Shown piece after piece: positions 24,601 through 31,073 of a stretch of 32,000 nt of DNA. The notes below the pieces were generated by a model that saw nothing but the letters and a program-made list of their open reading frames with translations, did not search any database and was not told where the DNA came from. The translations under genes were made by a program, and so were the position numbers. Position 1 is the first letter of the stretch, and each line of letters opens with the position of its first letter. The stretch lies in assembly GCA_017475555.1 (NCBI GenBank), contig JAFVFL010000046.1, positions 138,676 to 170,675 on the forward strand, read 5' to 3'. The stretch comes from Ruminococcus sp. GTDB lineage: Bacteria; Bacillota; Clostridia; Oscillospirales; Ruminococcaceae.

Positions 24601-24732
24601 ATTCTGTGTGCAAACCTCTGTTATCATCAGCGACTGCTCCGCAGCAGCTGTTCCAAGCATAACTGCTGGAAATGAAGTGATCGTCAGACACACTGCGACC
24701 AGAGTGCTTTTGAGACGTTTTACTGTTTCCAT
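21697..24732 (-). CDS. Secreted CotH-family (atypical kinase fold) protein with an N-terminal lamin-tail-like domain, an internal type-I dockerin and a C-terminal CBM-like beta-sandwich
   Basis: ATG 24732 has GGAGG 6 nt upstream. Signal peptide is METVKRLKSTLVAVCLTITSFPAVMLGTAAA. The LTD-like segment is MITEVCTQN...DWIELYNGSD...GWTLAD. A large CotH-like core follows (...MKSFNVYARSEYGDSKLNFNL..., ...EYWGLYEIQEKI...). Dockerin is GDVNADGRFSIADVVLMQKWLL...AGDLCKDNSIDAFDLVMM. Confidence 0.7.
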   Translation of the reverse strand: METVKRLKSTLVAVCLTITSFPAVMLGTAAAEQSLMITEVCTQNKASHLDSYGSASDWIELYNGSDSLIALNGWTLADSGTSWTFPAGASIGAGEYLIVFASKAASTGTEYHTGFGLSKNGDSLTLCDSSGKTVQTLTIPALAEDRTYGLLPGSDEWSEMAPTPGAINVFSVAAPQFSLPSGFYDSADTPLLSLNASSDIYYTTDGSDPTMSASAVLYDGTLTLHDRSEDENIWNNYEYEDSSPYSIIIKTKYEAPDYPVEKANVIRAAAKDGDVWSEIITNTYFVMDSERLAYYREIPVVSLVTDGENLFNKDTGIYVVGQQFIDWKNSSSYDPDKSEWDTNNAANFFSKGRSWEREATMSLFQNGEMTLSQDMGIRIKGASTRNAAMKSFNVYARSEYGDSKLNFNLISDNKAVDDGKQIKKYDSFSLRAVSWINRWRDQIVQTPLKDIDNMATIDRDKAVVFLNGEYWGLYEIQEKISDFYIQSNYGIAKEDVAMIKDNALEEGTADDLKAYNDLINFIRDNDMSDAANYKAVTQQLDVDSMIEHFAVCLYTGMWDWPNHNYIVWRSNGAEIEGNPYSDGKWRFGTYDFEFTCGLDYSGAVSSYSYNMFSKLGNSSTYTAAAFIRLLDNPAFKDKFASRFCDYANVVYAPDKMAAQITGLTDTYFEYFTDSELRWNSAAKPTASVRDDEKAYLRTMFDEITQFFQKRPDYAITQMMSYCGLNKELYSVTLNTSGSGSILVNGIPAGELSDGLVCKYPAGTAITVSAAPENGESFIGWSGRFGSKETEVTFTVESDMELTANFGAYVPTGDVNADGRFSIADVVLMQKWLLGVPEAELADWQAGDLCKDNSIDAFDLVMMRGQLINTAAAVELITDQNRWSKGDLGVNFDMKTNAADDVTLITSDTAPKIWQIQAYYSGLSLKAGKTYQIQFTLSTDADSLPCSIGVQGTTDKFNTYEHMIYTSSITPQTHTFTFTMPEDCTNISLIICTGLRSGTYHFEDISLSNLNG

Positions 24733-24776
24733 AGCCAACCTCCTTTGCGAAATTTGGATCCATTTTGTATGATCAG

Positions 24777-24805
24777 ATTATACCATTTTTCAGGCAAATT
24801 GTCAA
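24777..24805 (-). promoter_or_regulatory. Consensus sigma70 promoter for the CotH-family gene
   Basis: Minus strand reads TTGACA (24805..24800), a 17-nt spacer, then TGgTATAAT (-10 at 24782..24777). Confidence 0.55.
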
Positions 24806-24897
24806 GAGTAATTATATTATACATATAAAAATCAACATACAGAAAAGATCATTCTTGAGCATATGCTCAGGGCTTTCAAATTCAAGCTTGAATGAAT

Positions 24898-25350
24898 TCA
24901 GACCGATAACGGTCCTGAATTCATAAAGCGTCTTTGCAGCGGAGAAAGCTCAAAATGTATCTGACATACATCTGCGGCAGGGATAATCGTTCCGTCTGTG
25001 AATTTCAGCTTGCCCTCTGCCTCATCGAAAAATCTGAAGTTTCCCGTATAAGTAACATATGCACCGCCTGGCTTGTGAGAATCAGGCTTGAAATAGACAA
25101 TAGCCACCCTCGGACGCTCAGTTTCCATTTCAATGAGCTGTGCGAACGCTGCATTCAGTGTTGCAAGCTCGTCCTCCGTCATTTCCTCACGGCTGTCGGT
25201 CAGCCGGGCTGCTTCGCCTACTTCCTCATCATAGCCCGTAAGAGCAGCGAAGGGTGAAAATTGTGCCGCCCTGCTCCACATGGACAAGGGCTGATGTTTC
25301 TTCATCCTGTAACGCTCATGGCTGCGGATATCATCGTACTTACCCTGCAT
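24898..25350 (-). CDS. YolD-like protein (accessory factor of Y-family polymerases)
   Basis: Lies directly downstream of the Y-family polymerase. The pattern ...MWSRAAQFSPFAALTGYDEEV...EMTEDELATLNAAFAQL...VAIVYFKP...G...FDEAEGKLKFTDGTIIPAADVCQI matches the YolD-family layout. Confidence 0.6.
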   Translation of the reverse strand: MQGKYDDIRSHERYRMKKHQPLSMWSRAAQFSPFAALTGYDEEVGEAARLTDSREEMTEDELATLNAAFAQLIEMETERPRVAIVYFKPDSHKPGGAYVTYTGNFRFFDEAEGKLKFTDGTIIPAADVCQIHFELSPLQRRFMNSGPLSV

Positions 25351-25441
25351 AGCGGCAGCCCTTTACTTCATTTTTCAGCTTCAATGTTCTTTCAAAAGCA
25401 ATATTCACATTGCCGTTATCATAGGGAATTGCAATTCTCAT
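25340..25441 (-). CDS. Small ORF (33 aa) between the polymerase and the yolD-like gene
   Basis: Manual translation gives MRIAIPYDNGNVNIAFERTLKLKNEVKGCRYAG*. GGAGG lies 7 nt upstream. It starts 16 nt after the polymerase stop and overlaps the yolD-like start by 11 nt. Confidence 0.35.
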   Translation of the reverse strand: MRIAIPYDNGNVNIAFERTLKLKNEVKGCRYAG

Positions 25442-25456
25442 ACTACTACCTCCATA

Positions 25457-26932
25457 TTATGCCTTATGTCCTCCGACCTGCCCGTTTCGTTCTCTGGTGG
25501 TCGCACCCTCCTGAAAATTCAAGCCTTTCAGTATGGCGTTCTTTCCGAATCTGTCCTTGATATGCAGCATTGCCTCCTGCAAGCTGTGTTCCCGTTTCAA
25601 GGCAGTTTCCTCCTGCTCACGCTGCCGCTCAAGTGCCTCCACATCATCAAACAGACTGTACTGCAATACTTCTTCCTTTGCCTCACTTGCCGGAACAATA
25701 TGATTTGCCACCACATACATACGCCGCACAAGCAGCTTATCATCAACGATTCGATCGTACAGCTCCATTGCCTTCTCCACAATAATTTTGGTAGATGAGG
25801 TCTGCCGTCCGAGATTTATCGAACCGTGAGCCTGCTTCGGAATTTTCTTGCCATAGCGGTCTGTTTTGAGTTCTCCGTTATAATCTCCCGGAATGCCGGT
25901 GTGGTCATAGCCGACCGTCAGCACGATCTGGTCAGTAACAAGCCCCTTTCGCACCAAGTCCAGCACAAGCAGCTCCGTCATCTCCCGGACAATTATCCGC
26001 CCCTTGTCAAATGTGTATGGACATGAAAGCACCTGTCCCTGACTGAGACTGCGGCTTTTTGGCTTGTATGACTTTATTGCACTGATCGGACACGGCTCAT
26101 ATCCCCATGCGTGGTCGATTATAAGCTCCGCATTCACTCCGAATGCCTTGAAAAGTTCATCTTCACCACTCTCTGAATACCTCGCAATGTCTCCCATTGT
26201 GTACAGTCCGAGTTTTGCAAGCCGGTTAGCATTACCGGTGCTGATACGCCAGAAGTCCGTTATAGGCGTATGATCCCACAGCTTGTCACGGAATGACATC
26301 TCGTCAAGCTCCGCAATGCGTACTCCGTCCTCATCAGCAGGCATTTTCTTCGCCACAATATCCATTGCAATTTTGGCAAGGTACAGATTCGTACCGATAC
26401 CTGCGGTCGCAGTGATACCCGTTTCCTTCAGCACATCACGTATCAGCTTTATTGCAAGCTCATGTGCCGTACAGTGATAGGTATTCAGATAGCCTGTCAC
26501 ATCAATGAACACCTCATCAATGGAGTATACGTGTATATCCTCCGGTGCGATATACCGCAGATATATCTCATAAATTTTCGTGCTGACCTTCATATAGTGT
26601 GCCATTTGCGGAGGTGCAATGATAAAATCCAGCTTCAATGACGGGTCACGGTCAAGCTCCGATGCATAGCAGGAGCTGTCTGTAAACTCGTGATATGGCT
26701 CATTCCGCAGCCGTTCCTCGTTTATTTCCCTGACCTTCTGAATGACCTCAAACAATCTCGGTCTGCCGGGGATTCCATATCGTTTCAGGGACGGTGTGAC
26801 CGCAAGACAAATCGTCTTTTCTGTACGGCTCTCGTCAGCCACAACAAGATTCGTATTCAAAGGCTCAAGCCCACGCTCCACACACTCCACCGAAGCATAA
26901 AACGATTTAAGGTCGATACAAATACACTGCAT
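25457..26932 (-). CDS. Y-family (translesion) DNA polymerase, UmuC/UvrX/DinB-like
   Basis: N-terminal ICIDLKSFYASVECV and catalytic YSIDEVFIDVTGY. Start is ATG 26932 or TTG 26947. Confidence 0.85.
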   Translation of the reverse strand: MQCICIDLKSFYASVECVERGLEPLNTNLVVADESRTEKTICLAVTPSLKRYGIPGRPRLFEVIQKVREINEERLRNEPYHEFTDSSCYASELDRDPSLKLDFIIAPPQMAHYMKVSTKIYEIYLRYIAPEDIHVYSIDEVFIDVTGYLNTYHCTAHELAIKLIRDVLKETGITATAGIGTNLYLAKIAMDIVAKKMPADEDGVRIAELDEMSFRDKLWDHTPITDFWRISTGNANRLAKLGLYTMGDIARYSESGEDELFKAFGVNAELIIDHAWGYEPCPISAIKSYKPKSRSLSQGQVLSCPYTFDKGRIIVREMTELLVLDLVRKGLVTDQIVLTVGYDHTGIPGDYNGELKTDRYGKKIPKQAHGSINLGRQTSSTKIIVEKAMELYDRIVDDKLLVRRMYVVANHIVPASEAKEEVLQYSLFDDVEALERQREQEETALKREHSLQEAMLHIKDRFGKNAILKGLNFQEGATTRERNGQVGGHKA

Positions 26933-26937
26933 AACAT

Positions 26938-27501
26938 TCACAACCAATCAGAATCGTAATCTCCGAGATAGCCACTAAGAAAACTGCTGTCAGGCTCATA
27001 TGGAAGCTCCGGCACATCATAGCCCTCTTCCTCCATAATTTCCAGCTTGTATGCAAGCAGCTCATACGGAACATTGTGAGCAGCAGCGATCTGAAACAGC
27101 GTCAGCTCCGAATATCGCATTTCATGATAAAGGTCATCGCTATCTCCAAGCAGCAGCTCCGCAGCAAAAATATTAGCCTCTTTCTCCATAACACCCGAAT
27201 TGTCGAATAGTCCATAATCAGTAAACTGCTTACATCTACTTGCATGAAGAACAGCATGACCAAGCTCATGAGCAAGAATAAAGGTCATGATAATATCGGG
27301 AAGATTCTCATTTACCACGATATTTTTGATTCGCCTGTAAACGATCATCATCGCCTTTATGGAAGTATCCTCTGTTCCCATATCATCATAGATAAGATTG
27401 ATGCCGCACTCCATACAGAGCCTTTCCGGATCCGATGTGCCGTATTTTCTGACAAGTCCTTTGACCTTGCGACATATTTCCTGAATTGAATAGCTCAACA
27501 T
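26938..27501 (-). CDS. ImmA/IrrE family metallo-endopeptidase
   Basis: HEXXH in ILAHELGHAVLH, downstream EKEANIFAAELL. It lies directly after an XRE repressor gene. Confidence 0.8.
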   Translation of the reverse strand: MLSYSIQEICRKVKGLVRKYGTSDPERLCMECGINLIYDDMGTEDTSIKAMMIVYRRIKNIVVNENLPDIIMTFILAHELGHAVLHASRCKQFTDYGLFDNSGVMEKEANIFAAELLLGDSDDLYHEMRYSELTLFQIAAAHNVPYELLAYKLEIMEEEGYDVPELPYEPDSSFLSGYLGDYDSDWL

Positions 27502-27522
27502 CTGCCGCTTAACACCTCGATC

Positions 27523-27954
27523 TCACTGTTTTTTCCTGCCGAATTTCTCCCTTGCGATCTCTCTGGACTCGTTATACACTCTGGTCAGTGCTTTGAAATA
27601 TGAGTCCTTTTCCTCCTGCGAAAGCTCGCCGCCTGCAAAGAGAGCTGCATTTTCTGCAAGCATTCGCTCTAAATCCCTTGCACCCGATGTGCCATAGCTG
27701 TCTTGTGCATCTTCGATAAAAGGATCTTTCTCAATGTCCTCCGTGGGATTCTCACATTCTTCATCCTTCAGATACTTAATTGAGACATGAAGTGCCTTTG
27801 CAAGCCGATAGATCGTCTTATCTCTCGGAAACTTCTCCCCCATTTCATATGCTGCAATGGAGCGTTTCGATACACCGACCTGCTCTCCAAGCTCCCCCTG
27901 AGACACTCCAAGCACACATCGTGCTTCCTTTATTTTTTCAGGAAATGTCTTCAT
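27523..27954 (-). CDS. XRE-family HTH transcriptional repressor (ImmR/CI-like)
   Basis: N-terminal HTH is IKEARCVLGVSQGELGEQVGVSKRSIAAYEMGEKFP. GGAGG lies 9 nt upstream of ATG 27954. Confidence 0.85.
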   Translation of the reverse strand: MKTFPEKIKEARCVLGVSQGELGEQVGVSKRSIAAYEMGEKFPRDKTIYRLAKALHVSIKYLKDEECENPTEDIEKDPFIEDAQDSYGTSGARDLERMLAENAALFAGGELSQEEKDSYFKALTRVYNESREIAREKFGRKKQ

Positions 27955-27987
27955 TATTTTTTCCTCCTAAAAATATTCAAAACCGTC

Positions 27988-28016
27988 TTGACACTAAGGA
28001 ACATATGTGCTATACC
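27988..28016 (+). promoter_or_regulatory. Divergent (rightward) promoter opposite the repressor gene
   Basis: TTGACA (27988..27993), a 17-nt spacer, then TGcTATACC (-10 at 28011..28016). Confidence 0.45.
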
Positions 28017-28021
28017 ACGAA

Positions 28022-28040
28022 TGAACTTTAGTGAACTTTA
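28022..28040 (+). repeat. Tandem direct repeat TGAACTTTA x2, candidate operator
   Basis: tgaacttta occurs at 28022..28030 and 28032..28040, immediately downstream of the rightward -10. Confidence 0.4.
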
Positions 28041-28234
28041 TCTGTATTATATCACAGCTTTCAGTGCTTGTCAAGACCTGAGTGCAAAATTTTTGCGAGG
28101 GAATATTACGCCCTCAGCCGTGAGAATACGGAGCTGACAGGAGTTATGAGAATGGCAAATATGAGCAGACTGAGCCGCTCGGCTTTAACTTCGTTACGCT
28201 CGGTCTGTCTGATGTACTCCTCGACCCTGAGTCT

Positions 28235-29002
28235 ATGGAGGTATTTATCCCCAATACTGGTCAGTCCGTCAATCTCAACGAGCCGTCTGCAACGCTGAAT
28301 GGCAGCGATGAGGAGCGTGCTCAGTGGATAAAGGGCGAGCATGGCTACTTTGCCGGGAGCATCTCTACAGGCGGTTCAGGTGGTGGAAAATCTGCAAAAG
28401 CTGTTGACAGTTCCGGAAAAAGTGCTATAATAAAAGGTAGAGGGAGCGGCACAGGTTCGACTATTTCTGATGAACATACCTACGAAAAAATAGGTACGAT
28501 TGATATCGATGACAACGAGGCTGTTGCAGGTTGTCTTTCCGAATTTGAGAGTAAATACAGCGACAGTGACATTGAGCATTGTCGGGTGATTTGTACTAAT
28601 GGCGATGTATACGAAATTCATGGTGATAGATACACCGTTGATACTTCACTTCTTGGCGAAAGAATGAATGGAAGTATTAATGAACATAATCACGTTACAA
28701 GTGAAAGTCAATACTCTTTTAGTTGGGAAGATATTGATTCATCTGCAAAAGATTTTTCTCATATCACTATGGCATATGATGAAAAATATCGTTATTCTAT
28801 GATATTCCCGGAAAAGCCGATTGATACCGATATGCTGCGTGAAGCTTATGATATTTCAGAAAATGAAGTTATGCTTATAAATTACAATTATCAGTATTAT
28901 TCAATTGGCAGCAAAATTTCTGATGAAGATTATCAGCATGAAGTGATTAAAAGAACTTGTGAAAGGGTAGGTGTTAAATATGAAAGAAAACCCAAGACGT
29001 AA
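28235..29002 (+). CDS. Hypothetical protein, probably a 5'-truncated/chimeric ORF with a Gly/Ser linker and an AT-rich C-terminal domain
   Basis: The frame is open from 28124 (EYGADRSYENGKYEQTEPLGFNFVTLGLSDVLLDPES-MEVF...), but the first start codon is ATG 28235 and it has no clear RBS. A linker STGGSGGGKSAKAVDSSGKSAIIKGRGSGTGS is present. G+C drops sharply after about 28400. Confidence 0.45.
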   Translation: MEVFIPNTGQSVNLNEPSATLNGSDEERAQWIKGEHGYFAGSISTGGSGGGKSAKAVDSSGKSAIIKGRGSGTGSTISDEHTYEKIGTIDIDDNEAVAGCLSEFESKYSDSDIEHCRVICTNGDVYEIHGDRYTVDTSLLGERMNGSINEHNHVTSESQYSFSWEDIDSSAKDFSHITMAYDEKYRYSMIFPEKPIDTDMLREAYDISENEVMLINYNYQYYSIGSKISDEDYQHEVIKRTCERVGVKYERKPKT

Positions 29003-29183
29003 AGAATACTTACAAAAGGGCAAGGACTTATTTGATGCATACCAAGCTGAACACAGAGCTTTTATGGAACGAAGGCGAGATAAAACAATGCTTGACAAAG
29101 GCGTTAATGAAGAAAATGAAATGAGAAGACGCTACAATGAAAAAGTCAAGGCGTTAGCTGAAGAATACCGAGATGTATCATAA
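28980..29183 (+). CDS. Small charged helical protein (67 aa)
   Basis: ATG 28980 follows AAAGGGTAGGTG and overlaps the end of the previous ORF. Sequence reads MKENPRRKEYLQKGKDLFDAYQAEHRAFMERRRDK.... Confidence 0.4.
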   Translation: MKENPRRKEYLQKGKDLFDAYQAEHRAFMERRRDKTMLDKGVNEENEMRRRYNEKVKALAEEYRDVS

Positions 29184-29195
29184 AGTTTATAGCAT

Positions 29196-29269
29196 ACAGC
29201 ATGGAGCAAGCCGGAAATGCCGTGGGCGGAAGTCCTCAAAGTAAGCAGGTTCAATTCCTGCCTGTTGTA
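29196..29269 (+). ncRNA. tRNA-like element / degenerate tRNA with a non-canonical anticodon arm
   Basis: A 74-nt cloverleaf-sized segment. Acceptor acagcat/ctgttgt pairs at 6 of 7 positions. The D-arm has A14 and G18G19 (agccGGaaa). The T-arm gcagg-TTCAATT-cctgc (29245..29261) is perfect. The anticodon stem pairs at only 3 of 5 positions in register. An alternative fold is gggc-GGAA-gtcc. Confidence 0.35.
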
Positions 29270-29293
29270 TGTTGACATAATTGCATATGCGAG

Positions 29294-29319
29294 AAAACCG
29301 CCCAACACGGCGGTTTTTT
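29294..29319 (+). terminator. Rho-independent terminator after the tRNA-like element
   Basis: aaaaccgcc caacac ggcggtttttt. Confidence 0.6.
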
Positions 29320-29350
29320 CATACCCGACCGCAGAAAGAGGTGAGACGGA

Positions 29351-31060
29351 GTGGAGGGGATAAGCGGCAGCCGGGCATATGAATATGCGAAATGGTGTAC
29401 AGAGCCGGGCAACGGATATGTCGGAGCGTACATAAAGCGGCAGGCTGAAAAATGGCTGAAAATAGCGGACGGACGCTCCGATACCGCCTATGTTGACGAA
29501 AGGCAGTACACCTTGATCGCACGGCTTTTACGCCTTATGAAGCACCCTGACCTCGGCTGCACGATGTACGACGGGCTTGAGGACTACGCTATGCTCTTCA
29601 TCACCGCCCTGTTCTGCACCCGGTTCCGCACCGATAATATCCGCTTCTACCACACGGGAGTGCTGGAAATAGGCAGAAAGAATTACAAGACCTTTTCCTC
29701 CGCTGTTATATTTATCATTGGTCTGCTGACTGAACCACGGTTCAGCCGGTTTTTTTCTGTCGCACCGGACTTGAAGCTGTCCAGCGAATTGCAGGTCGCT
29801 ATCAAGAAAATAATCAAGTCCAGCCCTGCTCTTGCTGACGAAAAAATATTCAAGCTCATGCGTAAGGAAATACGCTGCAAGCTCACAGAATCGGAATTTA
29901 CGCCGCTCGCTTACTCCAACGACCGCATGGACGGAAAGCTTGCGGCTATGTTTTTAGCTGACGAATGCGGTGCCCTCACCGACAACTACCCGATAGAGGC
30001 AATGCGTTCCTCGCAGATAACCCTCCGGGAGAAGCTCGGTATCATCATTTCCACGCAGTACCCGAACGACAAAAACGCCATGACTGAGGAGATCGCCGCT
30101 GCAAAGCAAAGCCTTGACGGGCTTGGCGGGAGCGACAGGTGCTTCGCTCTGCTCTATGAGCCTGACGAAAGGTACAAAAGCGGTGACTCCTGGAAAACTG
30201 AGGATATCGCCATTTATCAGGCGAATCCGGCAGCAGTCCGGGACAGTCATCTTTTTGAGGCTCTGCTCGAAAAACGGAAAATGGCTGTGATGTACGAGAA
30301 CCGCCGGAAGAATTTCCTCTGCAAGCACATGAATATCCAGTACACCGGGCTTGGCACTGAGGGATTTATAGACCTTAACAAGGTACGGCTGTGCAGCTTT
30401 GAGAACGGAAATGCCCCGGAATTCTGGCAGGGCAGGCGTGTTTACTTAGGGCTTGACCTGTCGCTGACGGAGGACAACACCTCGGTGGCAATGGTCACGC
30501 TTGAGGGGAATGATGTGTACGCTATGGTGTGGGGATTTATCCCGGCTGGGCGTATAGACGAAAAATCGGAGGCTGAAAAGGTGGACTACAACGCCCTCAT
30601 TGCTGACGGCTGCTGCTTTGCCTGCGGCGATGAGGTGATCGACTACAGCTTTGTCGAGGATTTTATCCAGTCGCTCCCGGAAAAATACGGAGTGGAGATA
30701 GTTCAGCTCGGCTTCGACAGGTGGAATGCAATGTCTACGGTGCAGAAGCTTGAACGCAGCGAAAAGCCCATAGAATGCGTTGAGATACGTCAGCATTCGA
30801 GTGTCCTGCACCGCCCGACAAAGCTCCTCAAGGAGCTTGTTCTGAGCCGGAAATTCCACTACGGGACGAATAAAATGCTGGAGATCAATTTTGCAAATGC
30901 ACGCTGCACTGAGGACACCAACCTGAACAAGTACGTCAACAAAAAACGCAGCACAGGCAAGGTGGATATGGTCGTTTCGCTCATCAATGCCCTGTATCTT
31001 TTACAGGTCGGTGAGCTTGACGGGCAGAATGAAATGCAGTTCGTGTGTCAGCTGATATGA
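29351..31060 (+). CDS. Phage terminase large subunit (Terminase_1/COG4626-like) with a degenerate Walker A
   Basis: GTG 29351 follows AAAGAGGTGA. The ATPase region reads VLEIGRKNYKTFS (family pattern RKNGK[ST]) with Walker B MFLADECGAL. Nuclease motifs are YLGLDLSLTEDNTSVAMV, GFDRWNA and GKVDMVVSLINAL. Confidence 0.75.
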   Translation: MEGISGSRAYEYAKWCTEPGNGYVGAYIKRQAEKWLKIADGRSDTAYVDERQYTLIARLLRLMKHPDLGCTMYDGLEDYAMLFITALFCTRFRTDNIRFYHTGVLEIGRKNYKTFSSAVIFIIGLLTEPRFSRFFSVAPDLKLSSELQVAIKKIIKSSPALADEKIFKLMRKEIRCKLTESEFTPLAYSNDRMDGKLAAMFLADECGALTDNYPIEAMRSSQITLREKLGIIISTQYPNDKNAMTEEIAAAKQSLDGLGGSDRCFALLYEPDERYKSGDSWKTEDIAIYQANPAAVRDSHLFEALLEKRKMAVMYENRRKNFLCKHMNIQYTGLGTEGFIDLNKVRLCSFENGNAPEFWQGRRVYLGLDLSLTEDNTSVAMVTLEGNDVYAMVWGFIPAGRIDEKSEAEKVDYNALIADGCCFACGDEVIDYSFVEDFIQSLPEKYGVEIVQLGFDRWNAMSTVQKLERSEKPIECVEIRQHSSVLHRPTKLLKELVLSRKFHYGTNKMLEINFANARCTEDTNLNKYVNKKRSTGKVDMVVSLINALYLLQVGELDGQNEMQFVCQLI

Positions 31061-31073
31061 GAGGTGAAAAGGA

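Noticed and set aside
24856-24922. Palindromes TGAGCATATGCTCA (24856..24869) and TTCAAGCTTGAA (24881..24892), and the 12-13-bp hairpin 24894..24922, considered as an att site or element boundary
   Set aside because: No matching direct repeat was found by eye elsewhere in the window, for example near the tRNA-like element. They may simply be terminator or operator structures at the end of the yolD-like gene. They are flagged as a possible boundary only.
27955-28100. LexA (Cheo) box upstream of the polymerase operon
   Set aside because: Only direct GAAC repeats (GAAC-N6-GAAC) are present, with no GAAC-N4-GTTC inverted motif. Regulation by the adjacent XRE/ImmA pair is the simpler reading.
28068-28342. 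ORFs 28068..28298 (+) and 28106..28342 (-)
   Set aside because: Their translations are Ser/Leu/Arg-rich and wrong-frame-like. They overlap the frame that reads as genuine protein (28124 onward), and neither has a convincing RBS.
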